Assembly (NCBI GenBank): GCA_964565945.1
Contig: CAZMGY010000009.1
Span: 1 to 23,803, forward strand
Source: an uncultured bacterium
GTDB taxonomy: Bacteria; GCA-001730085
DNA: 23,803 nucleotides
Direction: 5' to 3'
Position numbers and translations under genes: made by a program. Shown one piece after another: positions 8,008-16,992 of this stretch. How positions within the stretch are numbered: the first letter of the stretch is position 1; the number at the start of each line of letters is the position of its first letter. The notes below the pieces were generated by a model. The model worked only from the letters and a program-made list of their open reading frames with translations. It was not told the DNA's origin and searched no databases.

Positions 8008-8729
8008 GAAATCACTTGAAATAAAACCTCATCCTTGTTTATCACTACAGCCATTAATTGTTCCATCGACATTTGCTTCAGTATGTCCAAATCATACGCA
8101 TCCTTAAGCGCAAAAGACCCACTGCGAGTCCGAACCAAGGATGTCATGTGTGCACCGACACCTAGTCTTGCTCCAATATCATGACACAAGGTTCGCACGT
8201 ACGTCCCTTTCGAACATTGAATGTCTAACGCACCATCAACGCCATTAAAATCTTTCAAGTATAAGGAATGAATGGTCACTTTTTTGGGATCTCTTTCGAC
8301 CGAAATACCTTTGCGAGCCAATTTATATAAACGCTGACCTTTAAGTTTTTTGGCTGAAAACATCGGCGGAATTTGTTCAATCACACCTTTGAAATTATGA
8401 CATACCCGCTCAACATCGTCTTGCAACACTTCAAACGACTCTTTTGTAGCCATAACATCGCCAGTGGAATCTTGTGTATTGGTCTCTATACCTAAGCGAA
8501 ATCCAGCACAATACTGTTTATCTTCATTAAGGAAGTACTGCAGTTGTTTGGTGCCTTGACCTATCCCCAACACCAGAACACCCGTGGCCAAAGGATCAAG
8601 GGTTCCCCCATGACCGACTTTATGCTTGGGAAACAGCTTTCTAACCTGATCCACCACATCATGCGAAGTTATCCCTTCGGGCTTATTCACAACAAGAAAA
8701 CCATTGGCTTGCAACAACTCAGTTCCCAT
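8004..8729 (-). CDS. truB: tRNA pseudouridine(55) synthase TruB
   Basis: GFLVVNKPEGITSHDVV......KVGHGGTLDPLATGVLVLGIGQGTK contains the catalytic Asp motif. There is a 4-nt ATGA overlap with ribF. Confidence 0.9.
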   Translation of the reverse strand: MGTELLQANGFLVVNKPEGITSHDVVDQVRKLFPKHKVGHGGTLDPLATGVLVLGIGQGTKQLQYFLNEDKQYCAGFRLGIETNTQDSTGDVMATKESFEVLQDDVERVCHNFKGVIEQIPPMFSAKKLKGQRLYKLARKGISVERDPKKVTIHSLYLKDFNGVDGALDIQCSKGTYVRTLCHDIGARLGVGAHMTSLVRTRSGSFALKDAYDLDILKQMSMEQLMAVVINKDEVLFQVIS

Positions 8730-9075
8730 TTTGTCTTTTAATATCCTGCAAAATTTGATCGATTTTGAACGCGTGAAGCTGTCCTTTATCTTCCAAAAAA
8801 CTCAAGCGCGGTGCAAATTTAAGATGCATCCGATTGGCAAGCTGTCCCGAAATATAACCACTCGCACTTTTGAGTCCTCGGAACGTTTCGTTGCGTTTTT
8901 TGATCGTTTCCGCCAAAATAGTCACGTAAACTTTGGCATTTTTAAGATCTCGCGAAATATCAACTGAAGTGATCGTCACAAAACCTATCCGAGCATCTTT
9001 AACACCCTTTTGTAGCAATTCACTAATTTCACGCTGCACCTGTTGAGATACACGCTCGGTACGTAGAGACATCAT
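8719..9075 (-). CDS. rbfA: Ribosome-binding factor A
   Basis: RTERVSQQVQREISELL...DARIGFVTITSVDISRDLKNAKVYV is the typical RbfA KH-like core. An AAAGG RBS lies 5 nt upstream, and the gene overlaps the truB start by 11 nt. Confidence 0.9.
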   Translation of the reverse strand: MMSLRTERVSQQVQREISELLQKGVKDARIGFVTITSVDISRDLKNAKVYVTILAETIKKRNETFRGLKSASGYISGQLANRMHLKFAPRLSFLEDKGQLHAFKIDQILQDIKRQNGN

Positions 9076-9120
9076 TATAACCTTTCACCACTGTCTTATT
9101 TCTATTCATTCAAAGATTTT

Positions 9121-9149
9121 ATCATAACGGAAAACTCTCAATTTTTCAA
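9121..9149 (-). promoter_or_regulatory. Putative sigma70-like promoter for rbfA-truB-ribF
   Basis: On the minus strand: TTGAAA (9149-9144), a 17-nt spacer, then TATGAT (9126-9121), about 45 nt upstream of the rbfA ATG. Confidence 0.4.
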
Positions 9150-9180
9150 ATTATTTCGCATAAGTCCAATTTAAACAATC

Positions 9181-11346
9181 TTAAATCATCATAATAGGAT
9201 CGACATTAATCCAGACTTTCACCTTCGATTTTTTCAAAGGAAAAGTGCTCACTTTATGCAAAAGACGTTGCAACACATCCCTCCGAGTCGACTTAATCAG
9301 CAAGTGCCATCGATACTGATGATTGATTTTGGCGATCGGCATCGGAGAAGGCCCCAATAGCGTAACACCATGAGATCTAGCCATTTCCGCTTTAAGAGTT
9401 TGTGCCAATTGCAAACTGATACGCCTCACATCCTGTTCATGAGCACCTCGTAACAAGACCTCGACCAGGCGTGCATAAGGGGCATAACTTAAGAGTTTCC
9501 GCTCTTTCATTTCCTGCTGGTAAAAAGTGTCATAATCTCCTTTAAGAGCACATTTGAGAGCGCGATGATCTGGATTATAGGTCTGAATTACCACTTCCCC
9601 AGGTTTGTGTCCACGCCCTGCGCGACCTGCCACCTGATGAATCAGTTGAAAACTTCGCTCCGAAGAGCGAAAATCTGGCATAAAAAGCCCTGTATCAGCA
9701 TAAACAACGCCAATGAGTGTGACATTGTGCACATCCAAGCCTTTCGCCACCATTTGCGTGCCAACCAAAATATCAATTTGTCCCTGTTCCAAATCATACA
9801 AGATTTGATCCATAGCACCCTTTTGATTGGCCGTATCTGTATCTAAACGTGCCACTCGGGCTTGAGGAAATAAACGTTTAACTTCGTCTTCGAGTTTTTG
9901 AGTGCCAACCCCTACCGATTTCAAAGGTGATTGGCATTGCGAACACATCCACTCAACGTTCGTTCTAAAATCACAATAGTGACATCGCAATTGGTCGCAA
10001 GAGGCATGATAGGTTAGAGCCACTTCACAACCAGGACACATTTGATGGTCCCCACAAGACTCACACAACAAAGCTGGGATAGCTCCTCGACGATTCAAGA
10101 ACAGGATCATTTGCTCTTGGCGTTGTAAACATTGGATGACTTTTTCAAACAACAAGCGTGACAACAGAAATGTTTTTTTAGGATCATAGCGCATATCAAT
10201 CAAAAAAGTGGTCGGTACTTGTCCTTGGCCAGCTCTTTGTCGCATTGTTAACAGCGTATATTTATCTTTTTCAACATTGTAAAAACTTTCAAAAGATGGG
10301 GTAGCGCTCCCAAGAACAATCGGAACATGATTTTTCATAACCCTCATAACAGCAACATCTCGAGCATGATAACGCGGAGATTCTTCCTGTTTATAAGTTG
10401 ACTCATGCTCTTCATCCACAACAACAAGGCCTAACTTCTTCATCGGTGCAAACACAGCCGAACGTGAGCCAATAGCAATTCTGCACTCTCCTCGTTGAAC
10501 CTTCCACCACATTTGAACACGTTGCGCCGTACTCAATTGACTATGCAACAAAGCCACCGCTCCAGGAAAACGTTTTTCGAAACGAGCAAACAATTGAGGT
10601 GTCAAAGCAATTTCAGGAACAAGAACAAGCGCCGACTTTCCTTGCTTTAAAACATCTTCAATCAACTGCAAATAAACTTCGGTTTTGCCACTTCCCGTCA
10701 CACCATACAAAAGATACGCCCCATACGCCTGAAGATCAACTTGTTCATAAGCTTTTTGCTGCTCTTGATTAAGAGGGTGTTCCGCTTCCAAAATTGACCC
10801 AGCAAAATTTTCAATTTTCAAAACACCTTCCTTCAAAAGCATTTTGACTTCGGAGGGAAGTCCGTTAACTGAGCATACTTCTTTAAGCTTGGTCAAAGTC
10901 CATAAAGTCTGCTCTAAAAAAAAGCGCAACACCTGCTGAGGTTTTTTTTTGCGAGAATGACGCGCCATCCATTCATTCACTTGCTCCCGAGACATCGCCA
11001 ACCTTAAGGTGTCATCAGCATACCAATCCTCAGCTTTTTTCAGGTCGGGAGGCACCATGGCAAATAGAATTACACCCAAGGGAGTGCAATAATATTGACT
11101 CATCCATAACGCCAGATCCATCAACTCATCTTGAATCACGGGCACTGAATCCAAAACTTTTTTGACATGTTTGGGTTGATCAAAATCGCATTGCGACGAA
11201 CACTTGATCACAAATCCAACTAAGCTTTGACGCCCAAAAGGCACTGTCACCCGAACACCAGGGACAATCAAAGACTCAAGTTCTTGGGGAACTTGGTAAG
11301 AAAACAACTGAAACAACGGTCTATTGACCGCCACAGAAACATACAT
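9181..11346 (-). CDS. priA: Primosomal protein N' (replication restart helicase PriA)
   Basis: Walker A GVTGSGKTEVY, a DEEH box, the Cys-rich zinc region (CESCG...CPGC...CHYC...CSQC) and helicase C-terminal motifs (QVAGRAGRG). Its start codon shares one nt with the upstream UDG stop (TGATG). Confidence 0.92.
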   Translation of the reverse strand: MYVSVAVNRPLFQLFSYQVPQELESLIVPGVRVTVPFGRQSLVGFVIKCSSQCDFDQPKHVKKVLDSVPVIQDELMDLALWMSQYYCTPLGVILFAMVPPDLKKAEDWYADDTLRLAMSREQVNEWMARHSRKKKPQQVLRFFLEQTLWTLTKLKEVCSVNGLPSEVKMLLKEGVLKIENFAGSILEAEHPLNQEQQKAYEQVDLQAYGAYLLYGVTGSGKTEVYLQLIEDVLKQGKSALVLVPEIALTPQLFARFEKRFPGAVALLHSQLSTAQRVQMWWKVQRGECRIAIGSRSAVFAPMKKLGLVVVDEEHESTYKQEESPRYHARDVAVMRVMKNHVPIVLGSATPSFESFYNVEKDKYTLLTMRQRAGQGQVPTTFLIDMRYDPKKTFLLSRLLFEKVIQCLQRQEQMILFLNRRGAIPALLCESCGDHQMCPGCEVALTYHASCDQLRCHYCDFRTNVEWMCSQCQSPLKSVGVGTQKLEDEVKRLFPQARVARLDTDTANQKGAMDQILYDLEQGQIDILVGTQMVAKGLDVHNVTLIGVVYADTGLFMPDFRSSERSFQLIHQVAGRAGRGHKPGEVVIQTYNPDHRALKCALKGDYDTFYQQEMKERKLLSYAPYARLVEVLLRGAHEQDVRRISLQLAQTLKAEMARSHGVTLLGPSPMPIAKINHQYRWHLLIKSTRRDVLQRLLHKVSTFPLKKSKVKVWINVDPIMMI

Positions 11347-11987
11347 CAGACGTTTTTAAGAAGTTCCATAATCAATTGTAAGTCCTCCCATGTCTTTTTC
11401 TTCATAGAAGGATTGCGTAGCAAATACGCTGGATGAAACGTGGGTACCAAATCAATCCCTTCATACTTGTGAATTTGACCACGCAAACGGCTAATTGGTG
11501 ACTCTGTCTCCAGTAAGGTTTTGGCCGCAAAGCTGCCCAATGCACATAGAACCTTCGGTTGGATAAGAATAATTTGTTGCTTCAAATAAGTCGAACATTG
11601 TTCGATTTCATAAAGGTTTGGATTTCGATTTTCAGGAGGACGGCATTTCAAAATATTCGCAATAAATACTTGCTCTCGATCCAGTCCCATCGCCTGGATC
11701 ATTTTGGTTAAAAGTTGACCAGCACGCCCAACAAAAGGCTGACCACTCAAATCTTCATCTTTGCCAGGAGCTTCCCCAACAAACATCAAATTTGTCTTAA
11801 TAGATCCAACTCCAAAAACGGTTTGAGTTCGCGTATCGCACAAAGTACATTTTTGACATTGGCTCACCTCTTGCCTGAGATCCTCCAAAGCCACACCTGT
11901 TTGTGGCTGAAAGTCACTCTTTTCCAAAATCAAATCATCTCCTACAAACTCATACTCTAACTCAATGAACGGCTTTAAGTTTGTCAT
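11346..11987 (-). CDS. Uracil-DNA glycosylase, family 4 (4Fe-4S type)
   Basis: CQKCTLC...VFGVGS...LMFVGEAPGKDEDLSGQPFVGRAGQLL...ANILKCRPPENRNP...HPAYLLR. I prefer the ATG at 11987, which has AGGGGGG 4 nt upstream, over the tracked ATG at 12005. Confidence 0.85.
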   Translation of the reverse strand: MTNLKPFIELEYEFVGDDLILEKSDFQPQTGVALEDLRQEVSQCQKCTLCDTRTQTVFGVGSIKTNLMFVGEAPGKDEDLSGQPFVGRAGQLLTKMIQAMGLDREQVFIANILKCRPPENRNPNLYEIEQCSTYLKQQIILIQPKVLCALGSFAAKTLLETESPISRLRGQIHKYEGIDLVPTFHPAYLLRNPSMKKKTWEDLQLIMELLKNV

Positions 11988-12185
11988 GATACCCCCCTGA
12001 TACATCTGATTTGATTCATGTGAAAAATGTTCCTAAATCTCACTCCATTGCTTTTTCATATGCTACAAGCTTCCTAGCTTTATCCAAATATTCTCAATCG
12101 CCACAAGAACCTCCTGAACAGACACAGCCCATCGCACCAATTGCTCACGAACCATTTCTCGCCACAACAAACGTTCATACCGATT

Positions 12186-13067
12186 TCATGAGTTCAAGGA
12201 CATTTCGGCAGCTTTAAGCGTGTTTTTTAGCAACATCGCAATCGTCATAGGCCCAACCCCTCCAGGAACAGGAGTAATCGCCTGACACAAAGGCGCCACA
12301 CGCTCAAAATCAACATCTCCGACCAAACGATAACCTTTGTCCGTTTGAATATGGTTAATGCCAACATCAATCACAACGGCACCTTGGCGAACCATCTCGG
12401 GAGTCACAAAACAAGGCTGACCAATGGCTGCAATTAAGATATCCGCCTGACACGTTATCTCCGCCATATTGTGGGTCCGCGAGTGACACACAGTCACCGT
12501 CGCATTAGCTCCAGCGGCCTTTTGCAACATAATCAAGGCTATCGGCTTACCAACAATGTTACTGCGACCAATCACCACAACATGCTTACCTTCCGTTGCA
12601 ATATTCGATCGCTTGAGCATCTCAAAAATGCCAAAAGGCGTGCACGGCAAAAAGGTCGGCTGGCCAATGGTCATCTGTCCCACATTAAACGGATGAAACC
12701 CATCCACATCTTTATCTGGAGAAATGGCCAACAGCACGGTTCCTTCATTCAAATGATTGGGCAGAGGCAATTGCACCAAAATTCCATGCACGTCCTTATT
12801 TTGATTAAGCTCCTGCTCAATCAATTTTAAAAGATCATCTTGCGACACATCTTCTGGTAAAACATGTTCCCAAGACTGAAAACCTATCTCTTCACAGGCT
12901 TTCTTTTTACGATTCACATAAACCCACGAGGCGGGGTTATCTCCAACAATCACAACCGCTAAACCTGGAACAAAGCTATGTTTTGCTTCAAAAGCCTTAA
13001 CCTCTTGCGCCAAGTCGTCCATAATATCTTGAGAGATTTTTTTTCCATCTATTAATCGAAATGACAT
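12186..13067 (-). CDS. folD: Bifunctional 5,10-methylene-THF dehydrogenase / 5,10-methenyl-THF cyclohydrolase
   Basis: IDGKKIS...PGLAVVIVGDNPAS.VYV..K.KACEEIG, HGILVQLPLP, DVDGFHP.N.G, VVIGRSNIVGKP and TPVPGGVGPMTIAMLL are canonical FolD motifs. Confidence 0.93.
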   Translation of the reverse strand: MSFRLIDGKKISQDIMDDLAQEVKAFEAKHSFVPGLAVVIVGDNPASWVYVNRKKKACEEIGFQSWEHVLPEDVSQDDLLKLIEQELNQNKDVHGILVQLPLPNHLNEGTVLLAISPDKDVDGFHPFNVGQMTIGQPTFLPCTPFGIFEMLKRSNIATEGKHVVVIGRSNIVGKPIALIMLQKAAGANATVTVCHSRTHNMAEITCQADILIAAIGQPCFVTPEMVRQGAVVIDVGINHIQTDKGYRLVGDVDFERVAPLCQAITPVPGGVGPMTIAMLLKNTLKAAEMSLNS

Positions 13068-13078
13068 AAGACCTCTCC

Positions 13079-14380
13079 TTAAAAAGTATACACATGATCT
13101 CGTTCAGACTGAACATGCTTCGTGGCATTGCGCATATCGAGCAACACAGGAATCTCAGCAACCAAACGTTCGTAATCAAAAGCACTATGTGCCGTCATAA
13201 TTACAGCGCAATCACAAGATTGCATCAGACTCGATGTTAACTCTTTGGAATGTTTTATTTCTCCTAAAAAGTCCAATTCTGGAACATGAGGATCGGCATA
13301 AATAATCTCGGCACCTTTTTCGGCCAAAATCTCCATCACATCCAAAGCAGGAGACTCGCGCAAATCATCCACATCATTTTTGTACGCTACCCCTAACACA
13401 AGCAGCGACGACCCCCTAACTGGTTTGCCCTGATCATTCAAGAGATCCGCCATTCGAGCAACAACGTAATGAGGCATCGAACGATTGATTTCGGCCGCCA
13501 AATGAATAAAGCGCGTTTCAAAGTTATGAAACTTGGCCTTCCATGCTAAATACAGGGGATCTACAGGCAAGCAATGTCCACCCAAACCTGGTCCTGGATA
13601 AAAGGGCATAAAACCAAAAGGCTTGGTCGAAGCGGCATCAATCACTTCCCAAACATCAATATTCATCTTTTGGCACATAAGAGCCATCTCATTAATTAAT
13701 CCAATATTGACCGTCCGAAACGTGTTCTCTAACAACTTGGTTGTTTCAGCAACTCTTGGCGAAGATACCGGCACCACTTGATCAACAATTTGACGGTACA
13801 AAATCGAGGCAAACTGCAAGCTTTTCTCACCCAATCCACCAACAATTTTAGGAATATTATGGGTTTGATACTGCTGATTACCTGGATCGACACGCTCAGG
13901 TGAAAACGCCAAAAAAACATCGTCTCCAACCTTAAAGCCTCGGGCTTCGATAATGGGCGCCAACACCTCTTCGGTCGTGCCTGGGTACGTTGTGCTTTCC
14001 AATACAACCAACATACCTGGGTGCATATATTTAACTACCGCATCCATTGCCGATAAAATGAACGCCATATCTGGTTCCCAGATTTTATTAAGCGGGGTTG
14101 GCACACAGAGAATCACGACATCAACATCGGCCAAAACACTCACATCCGAAGTAGGTATAAGAAATCCATCGTCCACTAACTCCCCCAAGCGCTCCGAATC
14201 AACATCGGGAATATAGTTCTTCTTAGCTTTCAAGTCTTCGACTTTAGATCGTATTGTATCAATCCCCCATACATGAAACCCTGCCTGAGCAAACTCCACC
14301 GCCAAAGGCAAACCAACATAACCTAAGCCCATAATAGCGATCGAGCTCTGTTTTTGCTCAACACTCTCTTGTGTTAACAT
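13079..14380 (-). CDS. Nucleotide-sugar 6-dehydrogenase (UDP-glucose/GDP-mannose dehydrogenase family; WbpA/TviB/WecC-like UDP-N-acetyl-hexosamine dehydrogenase)
   Basis: The N-terminal Rossmann motif IAIMGLGYVGLP, FSPERVDPGN, the catalytic Cys context GLGGHCLPVDP, and the C-terminal UDP-binding domain (LGVAYKNDVDDLRESPA). I prefer the ATG at 14380, which has AAGAGGA upstream, over the tracked TTG at 14407. The exact substrate cannot be assigned. Confidence 0.8.
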   Translation of the reverse strand: MLTQESVEQKQSSIAIMGLGYVGLPLAVEFAQAGFHVWGIDTIRSKVEDLKAKKNYIPDVDSERLGELVDDGFLIPTSDVSVLADVDVVILCVPTPLNKIWEPDMAFILSAMDAVVKYMHPGMLVVLESTTYPGTTEEVLAPIIEARGFKVGDDVFLAFSPERVDPGNQQYQTHNIPKIVGGLGEKSLQFASILYRQIVDQVVPVSSPRVAETTKLLENTFRTVNIGLINEMALMCQKMNIDVWEVIDAASTKPFGFMPFYPGPGLGGHCLPVDPLYLAWKAKFHNFETRFIHLAAEINRSMPHYVVARMADLLNDQGKPVRGSSLLVLGVAYKNDVDDLRESPALDVMEILAEKGAEIIYADPHVPELDFLGEIKHSKELTSSLMQSCDCAVIMTAHSAFDYERLVAEIPVLLDMRNATKHVQSERDHVYTF

Positions 14381-14413
14381 GACTCCATATCCTCTTACAA
14401 AATGCAAATTCTT

Positions 14414-14446
14414 ATTATACCCTATGGAGAGCTCTCTAAATAGAGA
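14414..14446 (-). promoter_or_regulatory. Perfect -10 hexamer with adjacent overlapping palindromes, upstream of the nucleotide-sugar dehydrogenase gene
   Basis: On the minus strand TATAAT lies at 14419-14414. The palindrome GAGAGCTCTC (14427-14436) sits 8-17 nt upstream, and the inverted repeat TCTCT-aaat-AGAGA (14433-14446) overlaps it. No good -35 is visible. The palindrome could be an operator or a weak lptD terminator stem. Confidence 0.3.
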
Positions 14447-14488
14447 CCTTTATGACTTACTAAAACCCTGAAATCTTTGTGTTAATTC

Positions 14489-16600
14489 TTAATAATTATG
14501 ATCAAACGCCTTCAACTGGAAGGTTAGCCACAATGCATTCTCAAATCCCGATTCATCGCGTTTCTTGACATAGGTAAAGGCCGATGTCCAGCAGTGCAGA
14601 TCGCGCAAAACGGTGTACTCCTGACGGCTCATATGATTCGTCTCAAAGTTATAATCGTTACGGATAAGAAATCTCCATTTATCCATGGCTTTGAAGCGCA
14701 CCTTTGTCGAAAGTTCATCATTACGATCTCGGAGATAATGATGCCCCAAACTCACGGAATACTCTTTGTCCGTATTGGTGTACACCAAGTCGGCTTCAAT
14801 TTCGTTGTAACGTTTTTCATAAGGATCAAATATTGTTTCAATATCCAAACTTAGCCAATCCCATGGTTGAATTTCAAGCTCTTGATAGATTTCAGACAGA
14901 TCGCGCTTGGCATCACCCCACTCGAGCCCACGAGGATGATAATTGATGTAAAGGCGATGTTGGATCAAGTTCCAATTTTGCGCCCCCGACGGTTTGCGTC
15001 GTCGTGTCTGCAAACGGTTTTCTAAACGAATCTGAAAAAAGTTCTCGTAATTCACATCATCTTTGCTATCAAACTGTTCAATTTTTTCCGACAATAGGGT
15101 GGGTTCACCCTGGTAACGGTACTCAATGCTCGGTTCATGAACAATTCTAAGTCCATTGATATCCAACACTTCGCTGTGATAATCCAGAGATCTATAAAGC
15201 TTTGTATTAAAGGTAACACCACCCAAAACGGCCCCACGAAACTCACTTTCATCGTGTTCTAAATTATGGCTGTAATAAGTTTGGCGTGTCCCGATGTAAG
15301 GCTTAACCCCCACAAAACCCCAACGCCTCGCATACGAAAGCTCTTGTAAAATATCTATCCGATTTGTGCTATTATTGCTCGTCACAGAGTCCTTATTAAT
15401 ATTGGCATACTCCACTTCGGTTTTCCAATACAGTGGCAAGCGAGAAATGTTAATCGGATTGGTGTGATAACGGATCTGCGGCGCATACTCAACAGTATCA
15501 AAAAATTTGTTAGTCTTTTGTTTCAAAAGCACACTGGCTGCCGAACGAGGCATATCATATTGTGTGTACACATACGACTCGGGTTCAGGATTATTCTCGA
15601 ACTCTTTTTCGATATACTCTTGAATCACACTGGCATCACTTAACTTATGCCACTCCACCACCGACCATAGCTCATCTGAAAACTGTTGGCGATGAATCCA
15701 CTTGAATCGGTAACGATCGTCTTCACGCACAGTATGCGACGTTTCATCACGCTCATTGACATAGTAAACCCGTGCCAAACCTTTCACGTCTCGCGTGTTA
15801 TACTTGTGATCTAAACCATAAGCAAAACCTCGTTTATGACGATAGTCGACCAAAGCCTCTCCATGCTGATGATCCCCAATTCCATAGCGATATCCACTCA
15901 AAACATACGTCCCCCAATCAGAATTACAACCAGGAACCAAAAAAAACTTACCACGACGATGTTTCAAAGAGTGGGCATAATACGGCCAATAAAACACTGG
16001 AATTTTGCCAATGTAGACAACAACATTTTTGGCCACAATTTTGTCATTAGGATAAATCAACAACTCTTTGGTCTCAAGGCGCCAATGAGGCTTTGCCAAA
16101 TTACAGGTCGAACATTCGGCCCCATGAATCACAACCGCACCTTCAGGATGACGTTCGAGGGAAGCCCCCCAGGCAAACCATGGCGGCATTTCCATGTGCG
16201 TGTTATCAACATTAGTCTTTTTGGTCACAAAGTCGTAAATAAGGTTATCTCCCATAGTCACCTTATCGCCTTTTTTCAACTTGGCCTGACCATCGGCAAA
16301 GGCTTGCTTTTTGTTCATATCGATCACAATTTTGTCCGCCGTAAGCACCACATCTTTATACTCCACTTTCACATGGCCTTGACCGATAATTTGGTTTGTT
16401 TCACGGGAAAAATCAATTTGATCAGCAGTATATTTAATCGCTTTAACCCAAGAACGATCATCCTCCTGAGCAGATAAAGATGCAATGGCACCCAATAAAA
16501 CAACACAGCAAATAAAAATGCCCCTCAAAGACTTATCTCCTATTAGTTTATAGTATGAAGTGATGTCGCACATCGTATCATAGGTTTTTTGAGAATGCAA
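14489..16600 (-). CDS. lptD: LPS-assembly outer membrane protein LptD (OstA family)
   Basis: A signal-like N-terminus (GIFICCVVLLGAIASLSAQ), then an OstA-N beta-jellyroll pattern (ADQIDFSRETNQIIGQGHVKVEYKDVVLTADKIVIDMNKKQAFADGQAKL), then a long aromatic-rich C-terminal beta-barrel region ending in an aromatic residue (...FDHNY). The start could be the TTG at 16600 or the ATG at 16573. Confidence 0.8.
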   Translation of the reverse strand: MHSQKTYDTMCDITSYYKLIGDKSLRGIFICCVVLLGAIASLSAQEDDRSWVKAIKYTADQIDFSRETNQIIGQGHVKVEYKDVVLTADKIVIDMNKKQAFADGQAKLKKGDKVTMGDNLIYDFVTKKTNVDNTHMEMPPWFAWGASLERHPEGAVVIHGAECSTCNLAKPHWRLETKELLIYPNDKIVAKNVVVYIGKIPVFYWPYYAHSLKHRRGKFFLVPGCNSDWGTYVLSGYRYGIGDHQHGEALVDYRHKRGFAYGLDHKYNTRDVKGLARVYYVNERDETSHTVREDDRYRFKWIHRQQFSDELWSVVEWHKLSDASVIQEYIEKEFENNPEPESYVYTQYDMPRSAASVLLKQKTNKFFDTVEYAPQIRYHTNPINISRLPLYWKTEVEYANINKDSVTSNNSTNRIDILQELSYARRWGFVGVKPYIGTRQTYYSHNLEHDESEFRGAVLGGVTFNTKLYRSLDYHSEVLDINGLRIVHEPSIEYRYQGEPTLLSEKIEQFDSKDDVNYENFFQIRLENRLQTRRRKPSGAQNWNLIQHRLYINYHPRGLEWGDAKRDLSEIYQELEIQPWDWLSLDIETIFDPYEKRYNEIEADLVYTNTDKEYSVSLGHHYLRDRNDELSTKVRFKAMDKWRFLIRNDYNFETNHMSRQEYTVLRDLHCWTSAFTYVKKRDESGFENALWLTFQLKAFDHNY

Positions 16601-16636
16601 TTTGAACTTTGCTCTCTAATAACATCTGCATGGATC

Positions 16637-16665
16637 TTGTCGAAAAACATTCAGGTCGCTATAAT
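16637..16665 (+). promoter_or_regulatory. Putative sigma70-like promoter for the small membrane ORF / transketolase unit
   Basis: TTGTCG at 16637-16642, a 17-nt spacer, then a perfect TATAAT at 16660-16665. Confidence 0.4.
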
Positions 16666-16712
16666 CCAAACTAAGAATTTGAGAGAGTAAATAACCATCC
16701 AAACAAGAACAT

Positions 16713-16943
16713 ATGACTATCAATATTTTACCCAAACTCTTAGCTCTGGCTCTGGCTCTGGGTGTGCTTGTCCCATACTTTTTTTATCGCCATTCAAACT
16801 CACAGCATTTCAGGGATCTTTTGATGAGTGCTATCGCCCTTTCTTTTTCGTTCATTCTTTTCGATAAGATGGTCAACCTTTATCGATGTGCTAGTTTGAC
16901 AAGTAAATTTAAAAACAGTATAGTTTTAGGATTCATAAAATAA
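16713..16943 (+). CDS. Hypothetical small membrane protein (76 aa, two predicted TM helices)
   Basis: The ORF has two hydrophobic stretches (LPKLLALALALGVLVPYFFY and LLMSAIALSFSFILF) and lies downstream of the putative promoter. It has no SD and no recognisable family, so it may not be a real gene. Confidence 0.3.
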   Translation: MTINILPKLLALALALGVLVPYFFYRHSNSQHFRDLLMSAIALSFSFILFDKMVNLYRCASLTSKFKNSIVLGFIK

Positions 16944-16992
16944 GCCCCCTGGGTATAAATGGACCCTATGATATTAAGGAAGGATAGAAGCC

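Noticed and set aside
10942-10950. A T9 homopolymer in priA, and a similar T9 at 20970-20978 in the SPL-like gene, as possible slipped-strand phase-variation tracts
   Set aside because: Both encode in-frame Lys runs (KKK) inside intact ORFs. The tracts are short, and priA is essential. One sequence gives no evidence of length variation.
9076-11346. rbfA-truB-ribF preceded by udg-priA instead of the common nusA-infB as a possible rearrangement signal
   Set aside because: It is a real synteny difference, but rbfA has its own plausible promoter. No breakpoint features such as repeats or mobile-element remnants are visible, so it is not informative without comparative genomes.
12011-12217. A 68-aa plus-strand ORF filling the 180-bp gap between the UDG gene and folD
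   Set aside because: It has a non-ATG start and no SD. Its composition is Pro/Gln-rich and low-complexity, it runs into the folD 3' end on the opposite strand, and it resembles no family I know. The region is more plausibly the UDG/priA promoter and folD 3' UTR.
15836-16477. A 213-aa plus-strand ORF. Many other tracked ORFs of 60-120 aa also lie antisense to lptD, priA, folD, the dehydrogenase, ctp, the exporter and the terminal ORF.
   Set aside because: All of them lie entirely inside, and antisense to, long ORFs with strong family-level similarity. Their translations are low-complexity or basic-rich, which is typical of shadow ORFs.
16743-16760. A tandem (GCTCTG)x3 microsatellite
   Set aside because: It simply encodes an LALALAL stretch in the hydrophobic helix of the small putative membrane ORF. 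It is too short to be a meaningful repeat locus.
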